DNA of 64,000 nucleotides from a virus. Position 1 is the stretch's first letter, and every line of letters starts with the position of its first letter. Below, piece after piece: positions 33,871 to 42,537 of the stretch. The translations under genes were made by a program, and so were the position numbers. The DNA is taken from positions 8,602 through 72,601 of IMG/VR virus record IMGVR_UViG_3300022858_000345. One strand, written 5' to 3'. The notes beneath the pieces were generated by a model. It did no database searches and was not told where the DNA came from. It worked only from the letters and a program-made list of their open reading frames with translations.

Positions 33871-36367
33871 ACTTGTACAAAAACAAGTAGAAGAAGATGC
33901 AGAGTTTTTTGATACTTTAGAAAGTACTCCTGAGTTTAAAAGAATGAAGAAGTTAATTGAGAAAGCTTTATTAGACCAATGGAATGATGTTCTTTTTTCA
34001 GGAATAATAAATACTATGTTTAATAAGTATAAGGATTTTATTGTAAAGGGAGGCAAGAAGATACAGATTAAAAAGACAGTTGCTAAAGCTACTAATGAAG
34101 AAGAATTAGATGAAGCCATATTGGATAGCTTACAGCAGGATAAATTTTTAGTAGGGGAAAAGGGTATGAAGATGAAACTTTATTTAGCTTTTCTATTAAC
34201 TTTAGTAAAAACTAATATGAAATCTATTGGTAGTTATTATGATTTTAGAAAGAATATGAATACTTTCTTAAAAACAATGGCAAATAAAGGAGGGCAAGAC
34301 ATAGTATCTGATATAAAAACGCCTAAGCCTATTAAATTTAGATTATCTAATGTTGCTCTAAAAGCAAAAATAACAAAAAGAGTAAATGTATTAATAAAAG
34401 ATTTAGACAAAGTTACTAGAAAAATTTTAGTGAGACATTTAGCTTTAGGTATTAAGAATGGAGAAACAAAAACACAAATAATTAAAAGGCTACAGAAAAC
34501 AGGAAAGCAATTTTCAAAGACTAGAGCAAAAAGGATAGTAGATACAGAAACAGAAGCGGCAGCAGAATTTATGAGATATGAGACCGCTAGATTAAATGGA
34601 GTTACTACGAGAACTTGGGAAACAGCGGGAGATGATAGAGTTTGTTTTCCAAAAGATACTCAAGTAGTTACTGATAGAGGGGAGAGGGGGATACAAGAAC
34701 TTAAAATAGGAGATAAAGTATTGACTCGAAACGGTTATAGAAAAGTTACTGCAACTAATAAAAGAAAATATAGTAAGAGTATGACTAGTATAACTACAAC
34801 TAAGGGGAAGCTAGTGTGTACTAGCGATCATCCGATTTGGGAAAAAGGTTATGGTTGGTTATGTGCGGGAGATTTCAATGTTGGAGATTTCGTTAAGTCT
34901 AAGGAGAATAAATATTTCAGGGTGGATAAGGTGAGTAATTTCAGTATCAAGTATGCGTACAACTTTCCATCCATTTTTTATAAGAAAATTATTTTTCCTT
35001 TTATCTCTTTGTGCATTAGAATGCCAATATGCTCCATCTGCTTCGAGAGCAATTTTATATTTAGGCAAAAGAAAGTCAACACTATATCTTCCGACTTGTC
35101 CTTCTTGGATAAAGGGAATACCAAGTTTGTACAGACTAAGCCTGAAGAGCTTTTCAAGAGAAGTTTCTCCAGTAAATTTACGGTAGCACGAGAAAGAGCA
35201 AAAACGCCTAATATCTTTTGCATAAGGCATTACTCTAAATTGTTTAGCACATTGCTCACAAGTTTTATAAGTAGGAGGACGATAACATTTTTCAGAGCAA
35301 TATGTTTGTATTCCTATTTTATCTCTAAAAACTTTTTTACATCTTTTACAAATAATGTTTCCCATATTTATCCAACGACAGGCGAGGCTACAAACTGTAT
35401 ACCTATGAGAAATACTTTTATTAATTTGAAAAGATTTAGTACATACAGGGCATATTTTAGTAACCTTTTTAGGAGTTCTAGCTTTTTTATAACATTTAGA
35501 AGAGCAGTACTTTTCATTTCTGGCTACTCGACTTTTGTTAAGATAAAAGGATTTATTACACCCCTTACAGAGGAGAATCTTACCTTGTTTAGTGCTTTTG
35601 TGATAACATTTAGGAGAACAATAGGCATTTTTTCCTCTTATTTTCTTTTCTTTTTTAATGGCTTTACCACATTGATAACAGATATATTGGAACATGCCAC
35701 ACAATTAAGGATTGATTTACTTATAGTATATAGTAGATTGTTAGGCAAATCAATATTTGTTTATGACATACAGGTAGAAGAATACCCAGAATTTTATGCA
35801 AATGGGATACTTGTACATAATTGTCCTATATGTGCTCCCTTGGATGGAGTTACTAAAAAAATGAGTCGTAATTTTAATTCAGGAGATTTTTCTGGTAAGT
35901 ATCCACCAGCTCATGCAGTATGTAGATGCTCAGTTACTTATGATATAGAAGGTAATGAGGCGAGTAATTTTGTATTAAAAAGAGGGGTATTTGAAACTAT
36001 TGATGATTTGTTTACAAAAGCGAAACAATTAATTTTTTATACTCCTATAAAGACTACTGCAATAAGTGTTGTTAATCCTAATGCGGTATGGGCAGGAGGC
36101 AAAACTTTAATAGGTCCCGATAGAGGTATTAGTAAGTTTATTGAAGATATAAAAATATTTAGAGATTATAAGAGAAATTTAAAAAATATATTAATAATGA
36201 AAGAAGGGAAATTGGTAGTGGATATATTAAGAGAACAATCAATTTTAACTTTTGGAGTGGATAAGATTTTAGTAGATGCAAGAGATAAATTAACAGATGA
36301 AGGATTTGTTCAATTAATCAGGAGTTTTGGAGTTACTAAGAAGATACCAAGTAAAAATATAACTTAA
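33863..36367 (+). CDS. Head morphogenesis/minor capsid protein (SPP1 gp7/Mu gpF-like), intein-containing
   Basis: RAKRIVDTE, WETAGDDRV|CPICAPLDG, PPAHAVCRC. Confidence 0.88.
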   Translation: MNKLVQKQVEEDAEFFDTLESTPEFKRMKKLIEKALLDQWNDVLFSGIINTMFNKYKDFIVKGGKKIQIKKTVAKATNEEELDEAILDSLQQDKFLVGEKGMKMKLYLAFLLTLVKTNMKSIGSYYDFRKNMNTFLKTMANKGGQDIVSDIKTPKPIKFRLSNVALKAKITKRVNVLIKDLDKVTRKILVRHLALGIKNGETKTQIIKRLQKTGKQFSKTRAKRIVDTETEAAAEFMRYETARLNGVTTRTWETAGDDRVCFPKDTQVVTDRGERGIQELKIGDKVLTRNGYRKVTATNKRKYSKSMTSITTTKGKLVCTSDHPIWEKGYGWLCAGDFNVGDFVKSKENKYFRVDKVSNFSIKYAYNFPSIFYKKIIFPFISLCIRMPICSICFESNFIFRQKKVNTISSDLSFLDKGNTKFVQTKPEELFKRSFSSKFTVARERAKTPNIFCIRHYSKLFSTLLTSFISRRTITFFRAICLYSYFISKNFFTSFTNNVSHIYPTTGEATNCIPMRNTFINLKRFSTYRAYFSNLFRSSSFFITFRRAVLFISGYSTFVKIKGFITPLTEENLTLFSAFVITFRRTIGIFSSYFLFFFNGFTTLITDILEHATQLRIDLLIVYSRLLGKSIFVYDIQVEEYPEFYANGILVHNCPICAPLDGVTKKMSRNFNSGDFSGKYPPAHAVCRCSVTYDIEGNEASNFVLKRGVFETIDDLFTKAKQLIFYTPIKTTAISVVNPNAVWAGGKTLIGPDRGISKFIEDIKIFRDYKRNLKNILIMKEGKLVVDILREQSILTFGVDKILVDARDKLTDEGFVQLIRSFGVTKKIPSKNIT
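34859..35704 (-). CDS. Multi-Zn-finger + DUF559/Vsr-like endonuclease encoded antisense within the gpF intein
   Basis: Five CxxC..CSxxC repeats; ETSLEK..YSVDFLLPKYKIALEADGAYWH..RDKRKNNFLIKNGWKVVRI. Likely ATG at 35695. Confidence 0.87.
   Translation of the reverse strand: MCGMFQYICYQCGKAIKKEKKIRGKNAYCSPKCYHKSTKQGKILLCKGCNKSFYLNKSRVARNEKYCSSKCYKKARTPKKVTKICPVCTKSFQINKSISHRYTVCSLACRWINMGNIICKRCKKVFRDKIGIQTYCSEKCYRPPTYKTCEQCAKQFRVMPYAKDIRRFCSFSCYRKFTGETSLEKLFRLSLYKLGIPFIQEGQVGRYSVDFLLPKYKIALEADGAYWHSNAQRDKRKNNFLIKNGWKVVRILDTEITHLIHPEIFILLRLNEISNIEISRT
35725..35753 (-). promoter_or_regulatory. Antisense intein-internal promoter TTGATT-17-TATACT
   Basis: On the minus strand, -35 at 35753-35748 and -10 at 35730-35725, about 30 nt before the antisense ATG. 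Confidence 0.7.
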
Positions 36368-36376
36368 CATAACAAT

Positions 36377-36664
36377 ATGGAAGACTACAGGTGTTTAAAT
36401 TGCAAAACCCTACTTTACAAAGCTGCGGGAGATATAGATGTTGAAATTATATGTCCAAAATGTCGGAGGGTTAACTACCCCAACAGAGGAGACCAAGGAG
36501 TTGGGTTGAGAGGAATTGACTTTTTTAATAAAGCCAGACAGCTCTCATGCAATGGTTGTAGTAGACCATTATTAAGTTTTATGGGGGTAGGTTTTGTTGA
36601 AACTAAATGTAGATATTGCAAAACTGTAGTAGAGTATGGTAGTGTGAAGAATGTAAAAAGTTAA
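36377..36664 (+). CDS. Mu Com-like tandem Zn-ribbon regulator
   Basis: YRCLNCKTLLYK..VEIICPKCRRVN repeated as CNGCSRPLL..VETKCRYCKTV. Confidence 0.75.
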   Translation: MEDYRCLNCKTLLYKAAGDIDVEIICPKCRRVNYPNRGDQGVGLRGIDFFNKARQLSCNGCSRPLLSFMGVGFVETKCRYCKTVVEYGSVKNVKS

Positions 36665-36680
36665 GAAAGAGAAAAAAGTA

Positions 36681-36857
36681 TTGCTATTTATTATAAATAT
36701 AAATATACTGAACTCGTAAAGTAGGGCAAAGCCCCGAGGACCTCAAGAAGGCCACAAGCATAAAGTTATATAATACTGTTATAAAGCTATTCTGTACGTG
36801 GCCTTTTCCTTTATATAAGGTAAGGCAAGAATATTTCAATATTTTAAGCCCACCTTT
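36681..36857 (+). promoter_or_regulatory. Promoter TTGCTA-17-TATACT and structured 5' leader of the protease/capsid operon
   Basis: -35 at 36681-36686, -10 at 36704-36709; GGGC-aaa-GCCC hairpin and AAGGCCAC/GTGGCCTT long-range stem. Confidence 0.6.
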
Positions 36858-38810
36858 ATGTTTAAATTATCAATACCGATTACAAAGTCATTTCAGAAGA
36901 AGAATGGCAAATTTATTGTAGAAGGAATTGCTTCAGACCCAACAATAGATAGAGATGAAGAAAGATTTGATGAAGAGGCAATAGCAAAAATGGTTAAGGG
37001 AGTAAATGGAGGTAGTTTACCTATTAGAATTGAGCATGAAGATAAAGTTTATACAGATGTAGGTACTTGGACAAAAGCGTCAATGGTTGATGATAAATTA
37101 TATGTTAAAGGGGAAATAGATACTGAGATGTCACTAGGAAAAGATATTTCAGTTCTTTTAAAAAGAGGCACTCCTTTATCATTATCCGTTGGTGGTAAGG
37201 TTCTAGACGCAGTTTATGAATATGTAACTGAGTTAGGAAAGAATATCAAGATATATAAAGATGTAATTCTTGAAGAAATATCAGTAGTTAAAAACCCTTC
37301 TAATTATAATACTTCCCTAGCAATGGCTAAGTCTGTTGATTGGGAGAAAAGTAAAGACGAGGTTGAATACACTACACAAGCACAGCAATTGATTGATACA
37401 TATAAGAGTATAAGTAAAATTGATGCTGATAAATTTGTTGAAGTATCTAAAGACGAGGAAGAAGTAAAAGCGACAAAAGATAGCTTTAATACTTGGATGG
37501 CTGAAGTAGAGCCTAAAGTGATTAGTCTTTTTAAAGATTATTATGAAGACGAATGTTATTGTGAAGATGAGTATAGAGGATTAACTCCTGAGGATTTAAA
37601 ACTTATTGCTCAGTTGACTACTATATTAAGTGAAGTTGATTTACCTGATGATAATACATGGCCTGCAATATTTGATGATGATGCTTATTGGGAGAATTTA
37701 ACAGAAGAGATGCAAATTGTTTTATTTAATAGAACAATGACAATGCCTCATCATAATACAGACTTTAGTGTTAATAAAGAGTTATTACTTTATCAATTAA
37801 AGAAAGTCGTTGACGGAGTTGGTTGGTATACACCTAAGGAATATACAGCTATCGTTAATCATTTATATATACATTTAAAAAAGTTACAAATTGTTAAATC
37901 TAAAACTATGCTTGAAAAACCTAAAGACAATATGAGCGATATTAAAAAACATATCGCAGAACAAGATATCAGTAAGGAGCAATTAAACTTGTTACAAAGT
38001 TGCCATAACTTCTCCGTAGGCAAAACAACAGTAGTACCAAGTAACGAAGGCAAAGAAATGACAAAGGAAGAAATTGCCAAATGTTTTGAAGCTTATAAGG
38101 AACTGTTGAAAAGCCCACATTTTAATCAAATTATTAACCAATCAGAAACTATGGATAAAACAACTAAAAAGGTTGAAGAAAAAACTGAAGTAGAAGAAAC
38201 TCCTGTAAAGAAGGAAGAAACTACTGAAGAAAAAACTGAAACCACTGAGGTAGAAAAAGCTGACTCTGCAACAGAGGAAGAAGAAACTACTGAAGAAACT
38301 TCTGAAGAAAAAGCTGACTCTGAAACAGAGGAAGAAGAAACTAAAGAAGAAGAAGTTGAGGAAGAAAAGGAAGAGGAAAAAGAAGAAGAAGTTGAGGAAA
38401 AGGAAGAAGAAACTACTGAGGAAGAAGCTCCAGTAGAAGATGCTGAAGTTGAGAAAAAACTTACAAAAAGCATCACAGCGAACGTGGAAAAAAGTATGGT
38501 AGCAAGGTTTGATAAATCTCTCAAGAAATTGACAGAAATTGTAGACGTTCTTGTTACAAAGTCAGAAGATGTTACTGCTACAGAGGACATTAACGGTCTT
38601 AAAAAAGACATAGGAGCTATTAGTGAGACTTTAGAATTAATGTCTAAAGCTTCATTAGGTCGTAAATCTTACGCTACTAACCAAGTGGTTGAAAAATCAT
38701 TTACAGAAGGAGCGTTAAATAAGACTGAGCAAGAACAAATTGATGCTGGCATGAAAAAAGGCGACACTTTTACTGAAGCTTATAAAGCAGTATTGGCTAA
38801 AAGAGTCTAA
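36858..38810 (+). CDS. Prohead protease (HK97-type) fused to acidic scaffold
   Basis: VEGIAS..DRDEERF, EH, LSVGG, EISVVKNPSN; Glu-rich linker and coiled-coil C-terminus. Confidence 0.88.
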   Translation: MFKLSIPITKSFQKKNGKFIVEGIASDPTIDRDEERFDEEAIAKMVKGVNGGSLPIRIEHEDKVYTDVGTWTKASMVDDKLYVKGEIDTEMSLGKDISVLLKRGTPLSLSVGGKVLDAVYEYVTELGKNIKIYKDVILEEISVVKNPSNYNTSLAMAKSVDWEKSKDEVEYTTQAQQLIDTYKSISKIDADKFVEVSKDEEEVKATKDSFNTWMAEVEPKVISLFKDYYEDECYCEDEYRGLTPEDLKLIAQLTTILSEVDLPDDNTWPAIFDDDAYWENLTEEMQIVLFNRTMTMPHHNTDFSVNKELLLYQLKKVVDGVGWYTPKEYTAIVNHLYIHLKKLQIVKSKTMLEKPKDNMSDIKKHIAEQDISKEQLNLLQSCHNFSVGKTTVVPSNEGKEMTKEEIAKCFEAYKELLKSPHFNQIINQSETMDKTTKKVEEKTEVEETPVKKEETTEEKTETTEVEKADSATEEEETTEETSEEKADSETEEEETKEEEVEEEKEEEKEEEVEEKEEETTEEEAPVEDAEVEKKLTKSITANVEKSMVARFDKSLKKLTEIVDVLVTKSEDVTATEDINGLKKDIGAISETLELMSKASLGRKSYATNQVVEKSFTEGALNKTEQEQIDAGMKKGDTFTEAYKAVLAKRV

Positions 38811-38865
38811 GCCTAAAAAATATTAATATTATTATTATAGTAAAAATTATATAACAACTTAAATT

Positions 38866-39831
38866 ATGGATCTAGATCAAACATTAGCTAATGTAAAGAA
38901 AACACTATCAACTCCTGTTTATATACAGGGTGCGATTATCACAAGAGAAAACCTTTCAGGATTTGTTAACAGACTTACTGAAAAAGAAACGCCTATTAGA
39001 GACAGATTAATGCGTAAACCTGGTAGCGGACTTGCTGCTTCATGGAATGTTCTTACAAGTATGGGTGTAGGTAACTCTCCTTTTGCGGAAGGTGGTACAC
39101 CGACAGAAGACGCTTCAAACTACGCTAGAAGAAGTGCTATCTATAAAGAATTAGGTAAAACTAAATCTATTACAGATAAAATGCTTGCGGCAGGTAAGAC
39201 TTTCATGGATCAAGAAGCTGAACAAACAGAAGTAGCTATGAGAGAAGTAATTCAAGACGAGGAAAGCTTGATTGTTACGGGAGATAGTGGAGCAGTTGCT
39301 ACCCAATTTGATGGGTTAGACACACTGATTACTACTAATCTTACGAATGATAACAACAACGCGCTTGGATTCAGAACTGACTTGCTTGATGCTGAGATCA
39401 GCAACCTTATTAATACTTACGGAGTAAGACCTACAGCAGTTTACTGCTCATACGGTATGAAACGTGCTATTAACCAAAGTTTAGCTGGTGATGTTCGTGT
39501 TAACATCAACCAAGGGCCTCAAACAGAACTAGGAACTGGATTAGACATTACTTATTACCAAAGTATGGTAGGTAAATTACCTATTGTAGCTTCATTTGGT
39601 ATTGCAGACGATACTACTACATACGCAGGGTTCACAGTAGGTAGTATTTATATCGTAACAGAGAAATGGGCTGGTTCTGAAGTTTTATACATGGAAGATT
39701 TATATGGTTTAGGAAAATCAATGCTTGACAGAACAGGAGCAGCGATTAAATTTATGGTAACTGAGGCAACAGTATTAGTGTGCCGAGCAGAAGAATTCCA
39801 AACTGTAATTTCGAATATTAGAATTGCTTAG
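38866..39831 (+). CDS. Major capsid protein
   Basis: Follows the protease/scaffold; ETPIRDRL, FAEGG, IVTGD, QFDGL. Confidence 0.85.
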   Translation: MDLDQTLANVKKTLSTPVYIQGAIITRENLSGFVNRLTEKETPIRDRLMRKPGSGLAASWNVLTSMGVGNSPFAEGGTPTEDASNYARRSAIYKELGKTKSITDKMLAAGKTFMDQEAEQTEVAMREVIQDEESLIVTGDSGAVATQFDGLDTLITTNLTNDNNNALGFRTDLLDAEISNLINTYGVRPTAVYCSYGMKRAINQSLAGDVRVNINQGPQTELGTGLDITYYQSMVGKLPIVASFGIADDTTTYAGFTVGSIYIVTEKWAGSEVLYMEDLYGLGKSMLDRTGAAIKFMVTEATVLVCRAEEFQTVISNIRIA

Positions 39832-39838
39832 TAGAATT

Positions 39839-39874
39839 TGTCAAGGGGGTGGGTAGTATCTACCCCCATTGGCA
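39839..39874 (+). terminator. GC-rich hairpin after the capsid gene (terminator or stabiliser)
   Basis: tgtcaa-gggggtgggt...atctaccccc-attggca; weak U-tract. Confidence 0.5.
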
Positions 39875-39901
39875 CAAATATTTAATTAAACATTTTAAAC
39901 T

Positions 39902-40519
39902 ATGAATAGAACGCTAAGAAAGCTATCACAAATTTTAGGTGGTATAGGAAAAGATTATATTGTGGATACCGTTCAAGGAGGGTTTCCCGTTATACAGTCA
40001 ATGATTGATGTAGAAGCTGCGGAAGCGGCTGATGTGTTAACATCTACTGTATTAGCGGCAGCAGTCACTACAACGGTTGACGGATTAAGCGGAGAGCCAG
40101 ATGCCTATAGATGTGTGTCTGTTACAGGTAATCAAGGTACAGTAGCAGGTACAGTAATTGTTCGTGGGTATGATTGGTCTCGACAAGTAGTAGAAGATCA
40201 CATAGTTGCCTCAGGGGTATCTACTGTGGAAGGAGTAGTTCCATTTGATGAAGTATTTGAAGTTGTTCTACCTGCAAGGGTAGCTTTGGCAGATGCAATT
40301 TCAGTAGGTACTTCAGACAAATTAGGAGCGTATCGACCTGTTAAAGATTTTGCGGATATTAGTTGGATTCAATTAGAGAGAAAAGCGACTGGTGTAGGTG
40401 CGTATTCTGTAGAAGGTGCTCCACCAACAGTTGATTCAGAGTATGGAACTTTCAAACCAAATGGAGGTATAGTAGGAGATGATTCGTTCAAAGCGGCGTA
40501 TTTAACAGAGTTATTCTAG
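39902..40519 (+). CDS. Putative head decoration/virion protein
   Basis: Beta-rich A/V/G/T composition, directly after the MCP. Confidence 0.55.
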   Translation: MNRTLRKLSQILGGIGKDYIVDTVQGGFPVIQSMIDVEAAEAADVLTSTVLAAAVTTTVDGLSGEPDAYRCVSVTGNQGTVAGTVIVRGYDWSRQVVEDHIVASGVSTVEGVVPFDEVFEVVLPARVALADAISVGTSDKLGAYRPVKDFADISWIQLERKATGVGAYSVEGAPPTVDSEYGTFKPNGGIVGDDSFKAAYLTELF

Positions 40520-40527
40520 TCCTATAG

Positions 40528-40556
40528 TATCCGTCTTTTTACATTAAAGGCGGATA
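40528..40556 (+). terminator. Hairpin tatccgtcttt/aaaggcggata
   Basis: Intergenic inverted repeat just after a stop codon. Confidence 0.5.
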
Positions 40557-40593
40557 TTTAGGAGAGTATATAACTCATTTAACACTCAAAAAT

Positions 40594-40851
40594 ATGGCTG
40601 AAGGAGTAACAGGCTTTCGATCTATTACAATGACAACAATGATGCAGGACTATAATAGTCCAAAGATAAAAAAGTTTTTTGTCAGTGATGTAGATGGGGA
40701 CGCTACAGATATATATTATATTCAGGCGGCAGGAGTAGATGGAGAAAAATGTCTTCGTCAGAGGTTATCGTATATTACAGCAAGTGGTATTAAGAGCATA
40801 CAAAAAGAAACTTGGGAATCTAGCGTATGGAGTAGTGCTTGGGATTTATAA
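40594..40851 (+). CDS. Hypothetical virion-associated protein
   Basis: 85-aa ORF in the structural module. Confidence 0.55.
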   Translation: MAEGVTGFRSITMTTMMQDYNSPKIKKFFVSDVDGDATDIYYIQAAGVDGEKCLRQRLSYITASGIKSIQKETWESSVWSSAWDL

Positions 40852-40952
40852 AACAATTAGAGTACCCCGACCTAAAAAAAGTTTTTAGGTTTAGATTTCT
40901 GACTACAAGCTAACGCTTGCATACAAAATAATATTTTGATCACAGAAACTAT

Positions 40953-41501
40953 ATGAGACAAGTGATACACAAGGGACAACACCTTTTAAGACACAAAGCG
41001 GAGGAAGTAGGCTATCTGAATGCTACCTTAGGAGCTAGTATTAAGACTGTTAAAGACGCATTAGATTTGTTTGCGACTCTTAATATTAATTTTAGTTGGA
41101 AAGACCCCGTAGCTACTAAAGCGGCTTTACCTTTAACAGGAAATACTTTAAGTGATGCTAGAATGGTTCAAGATGATGGAGATGGTAATACGTCTTTGTA
41201 TGTTTGTATAGCTACTTCAGGAGATGTTGATGCACAATGGCAGAAAATAGCGGATGTAGATTGGGAAGGAGATATTAGTCAATTACAGAGTGATGTTTCT
41301 ACATTGCAAGGTGAAATGGCGGCAGTAGAAATAGATGTTTTCGGGCTACAAAATGCAGTTAGTATATTACAGGGAGAGATGACTGATGTTCAGGAGGAAG
41401 TGATAGATAAGATGACGCTTACAATTAATGATGATTTATCTGGGTTATTATATCTTAGGGTTGGTGTTGGTAGTAAGATAGAAAATAGAACAACAAAATA
41501 A
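40953..41501 (+). CDS. Virion fibre/decoration-like protein, paralog A1
   Basis: Shares a ~95-aa N-terminus with 41518; C-terminal heptad coiled coil. Confidence 0.6.
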   Translation: MRQVIHKGQHLLRHKAEEVGYLNATLGASIKTVKDALDLFATLNINFSWKDPVATKAALPLTGNTLSDARMVQDDGDGNTSLYVCIATSGDVDAQWQKIADVDWEGDISQLQSDVSTLQGEMAAVEIDVFGLQNAVSILQGEMTDVQEEVIDKMTLTINDDLSGLLYLRVGVGSKIENRTTK

Positions 41502-41517
41502 TTTAATAACTTAATTT

Positions 41518-42525
41518 ATGAGACAAGTAATACATAAAGGGCAACATCCATTGAGGCATAAATCGCAAGACGTTAATTATACTTATGCAGGACTCCCTTC
41601 ATTAAAAACTGTTAAAGATGCTTTAGATACCGCTTTAGGAGTATCTTCTACATCTTGGAAAGCTCCAGTAGCCGATAAACCTTCCTTACCTTTGGCAGGT
41701 AATTCTATTAATGATGTTAGGGCAGAACAGTCAGGGTCAGCCATTTATCTATGTATTGCTACGGCAGGTGTTGTAGACGTACAATGGCTAGAGATTACTA
41801 GTCCAGGAGCGACATTTGATTTAGGAACGCCAGACGGTGCAATTTTAAAGAAGACAGGAGCTAATACAATGGGAGAAGTTACAGCTATACCAGAAAGCTT
41901 AATTGTAGCTAATCATGCTCTTTCAAGTTTTACTAATGATGCAGGGATACAAGAAAAAGGAGTAACATTAAATGCTTTTAATTTAAATTGGGCTTTTAAT
42001 AGAAATTCGGATGACCCTACTTCACAAAATATTACTCCAATTTCAGGAGCTTCTTGGACTAATCCAATTGCAGTGGCTTTGAGAACTATATCAGTAACAG
42101 GCGCGGCTTTAACAGCTCAACAAATTTATACTTTTGCGGGAGTTGGAGATGATACTACAGTATTATCAGGAAGTACGACTGTTTATTTTAGAAGTAAAAG
42201 ATATTGGGGACCAAGTGGTACTGTATTAAATGCTTCAAGTACAGGAGCACAAGTTAGAGCGGCTCTTTCAGGAAGTGAATTTGGTACATCTAAAGCAGTA
42301 TCAAAGACTTTTGATGCTAGTGCGGGTAATCAGTATTTATACTTTGCTTATCCGAAATCTTGGGGAGCACCTTCAGGTACTCTTTTTGGAGGATTTGAAT
42401 TCTCAGATTATACTTTATATACAATAACTAACTTTGAGAATGCTAGTGGTCATACTGAAGATTATTATCTTTTGAAAACAAATGGTCAATATAATGGTTC
42501 AAGTTTGAATTGGGAAATTTATTAG
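41518..42525 (+). CDS. Virion fibre/decoration-like protein, paralog A2
   Basis: MRQVIHKGQH N-terminus; beta-rich C-terminal domain (YLYFAYPKSWG). Confidence 0.6.
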   Translation: MRQVIHKGQHPLRHKSQDVNYTYAGLPSLKTVKDALDTALGVSSTSWKAPVADKPSLPLAGNSINDVRAEQSGSAIYLCIATAGVVDVQWLEITSPGATFDLGTPDGAILKKTGANTMGEVTAIPESLIVANHALSSFTNDAGIQEKGVTLNAFNLNWAFNRNSDDPTSQNITPISGASWTNPIAVALRTISVTGAALTAQQIYTFAGVGDDTTVLSGSTTVYFRSKRYWGPSGTVLNASSTGAQVRAALSGSEFGTSKAVSKTFDASAGNQYLYFAYPKSWGAPSGTLFGGFEFSDYTLYTITNFENASGHTEDYYLLKTNGQYNGSSLNWEIY

Positions 42526-42537
42526 TAACTAAACAGT

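Larger units (their letters stand above)
34643..35821 (+). mobile_element. Intein (393 aa) in the gpF-like DDRV/CPIC motif
   Basis: CFPKDTQV, CTSDHPIW, VYDIQVEEYPEFYANGILVHN, +1 Cys. Confidence 0.93.

Noticed and set aside
38126-38611. Minus-strand Ser-rich ORF
   Set aside because: It is the mirror of the Glu-rich GAA repeats in the scaffold; no independent motif.
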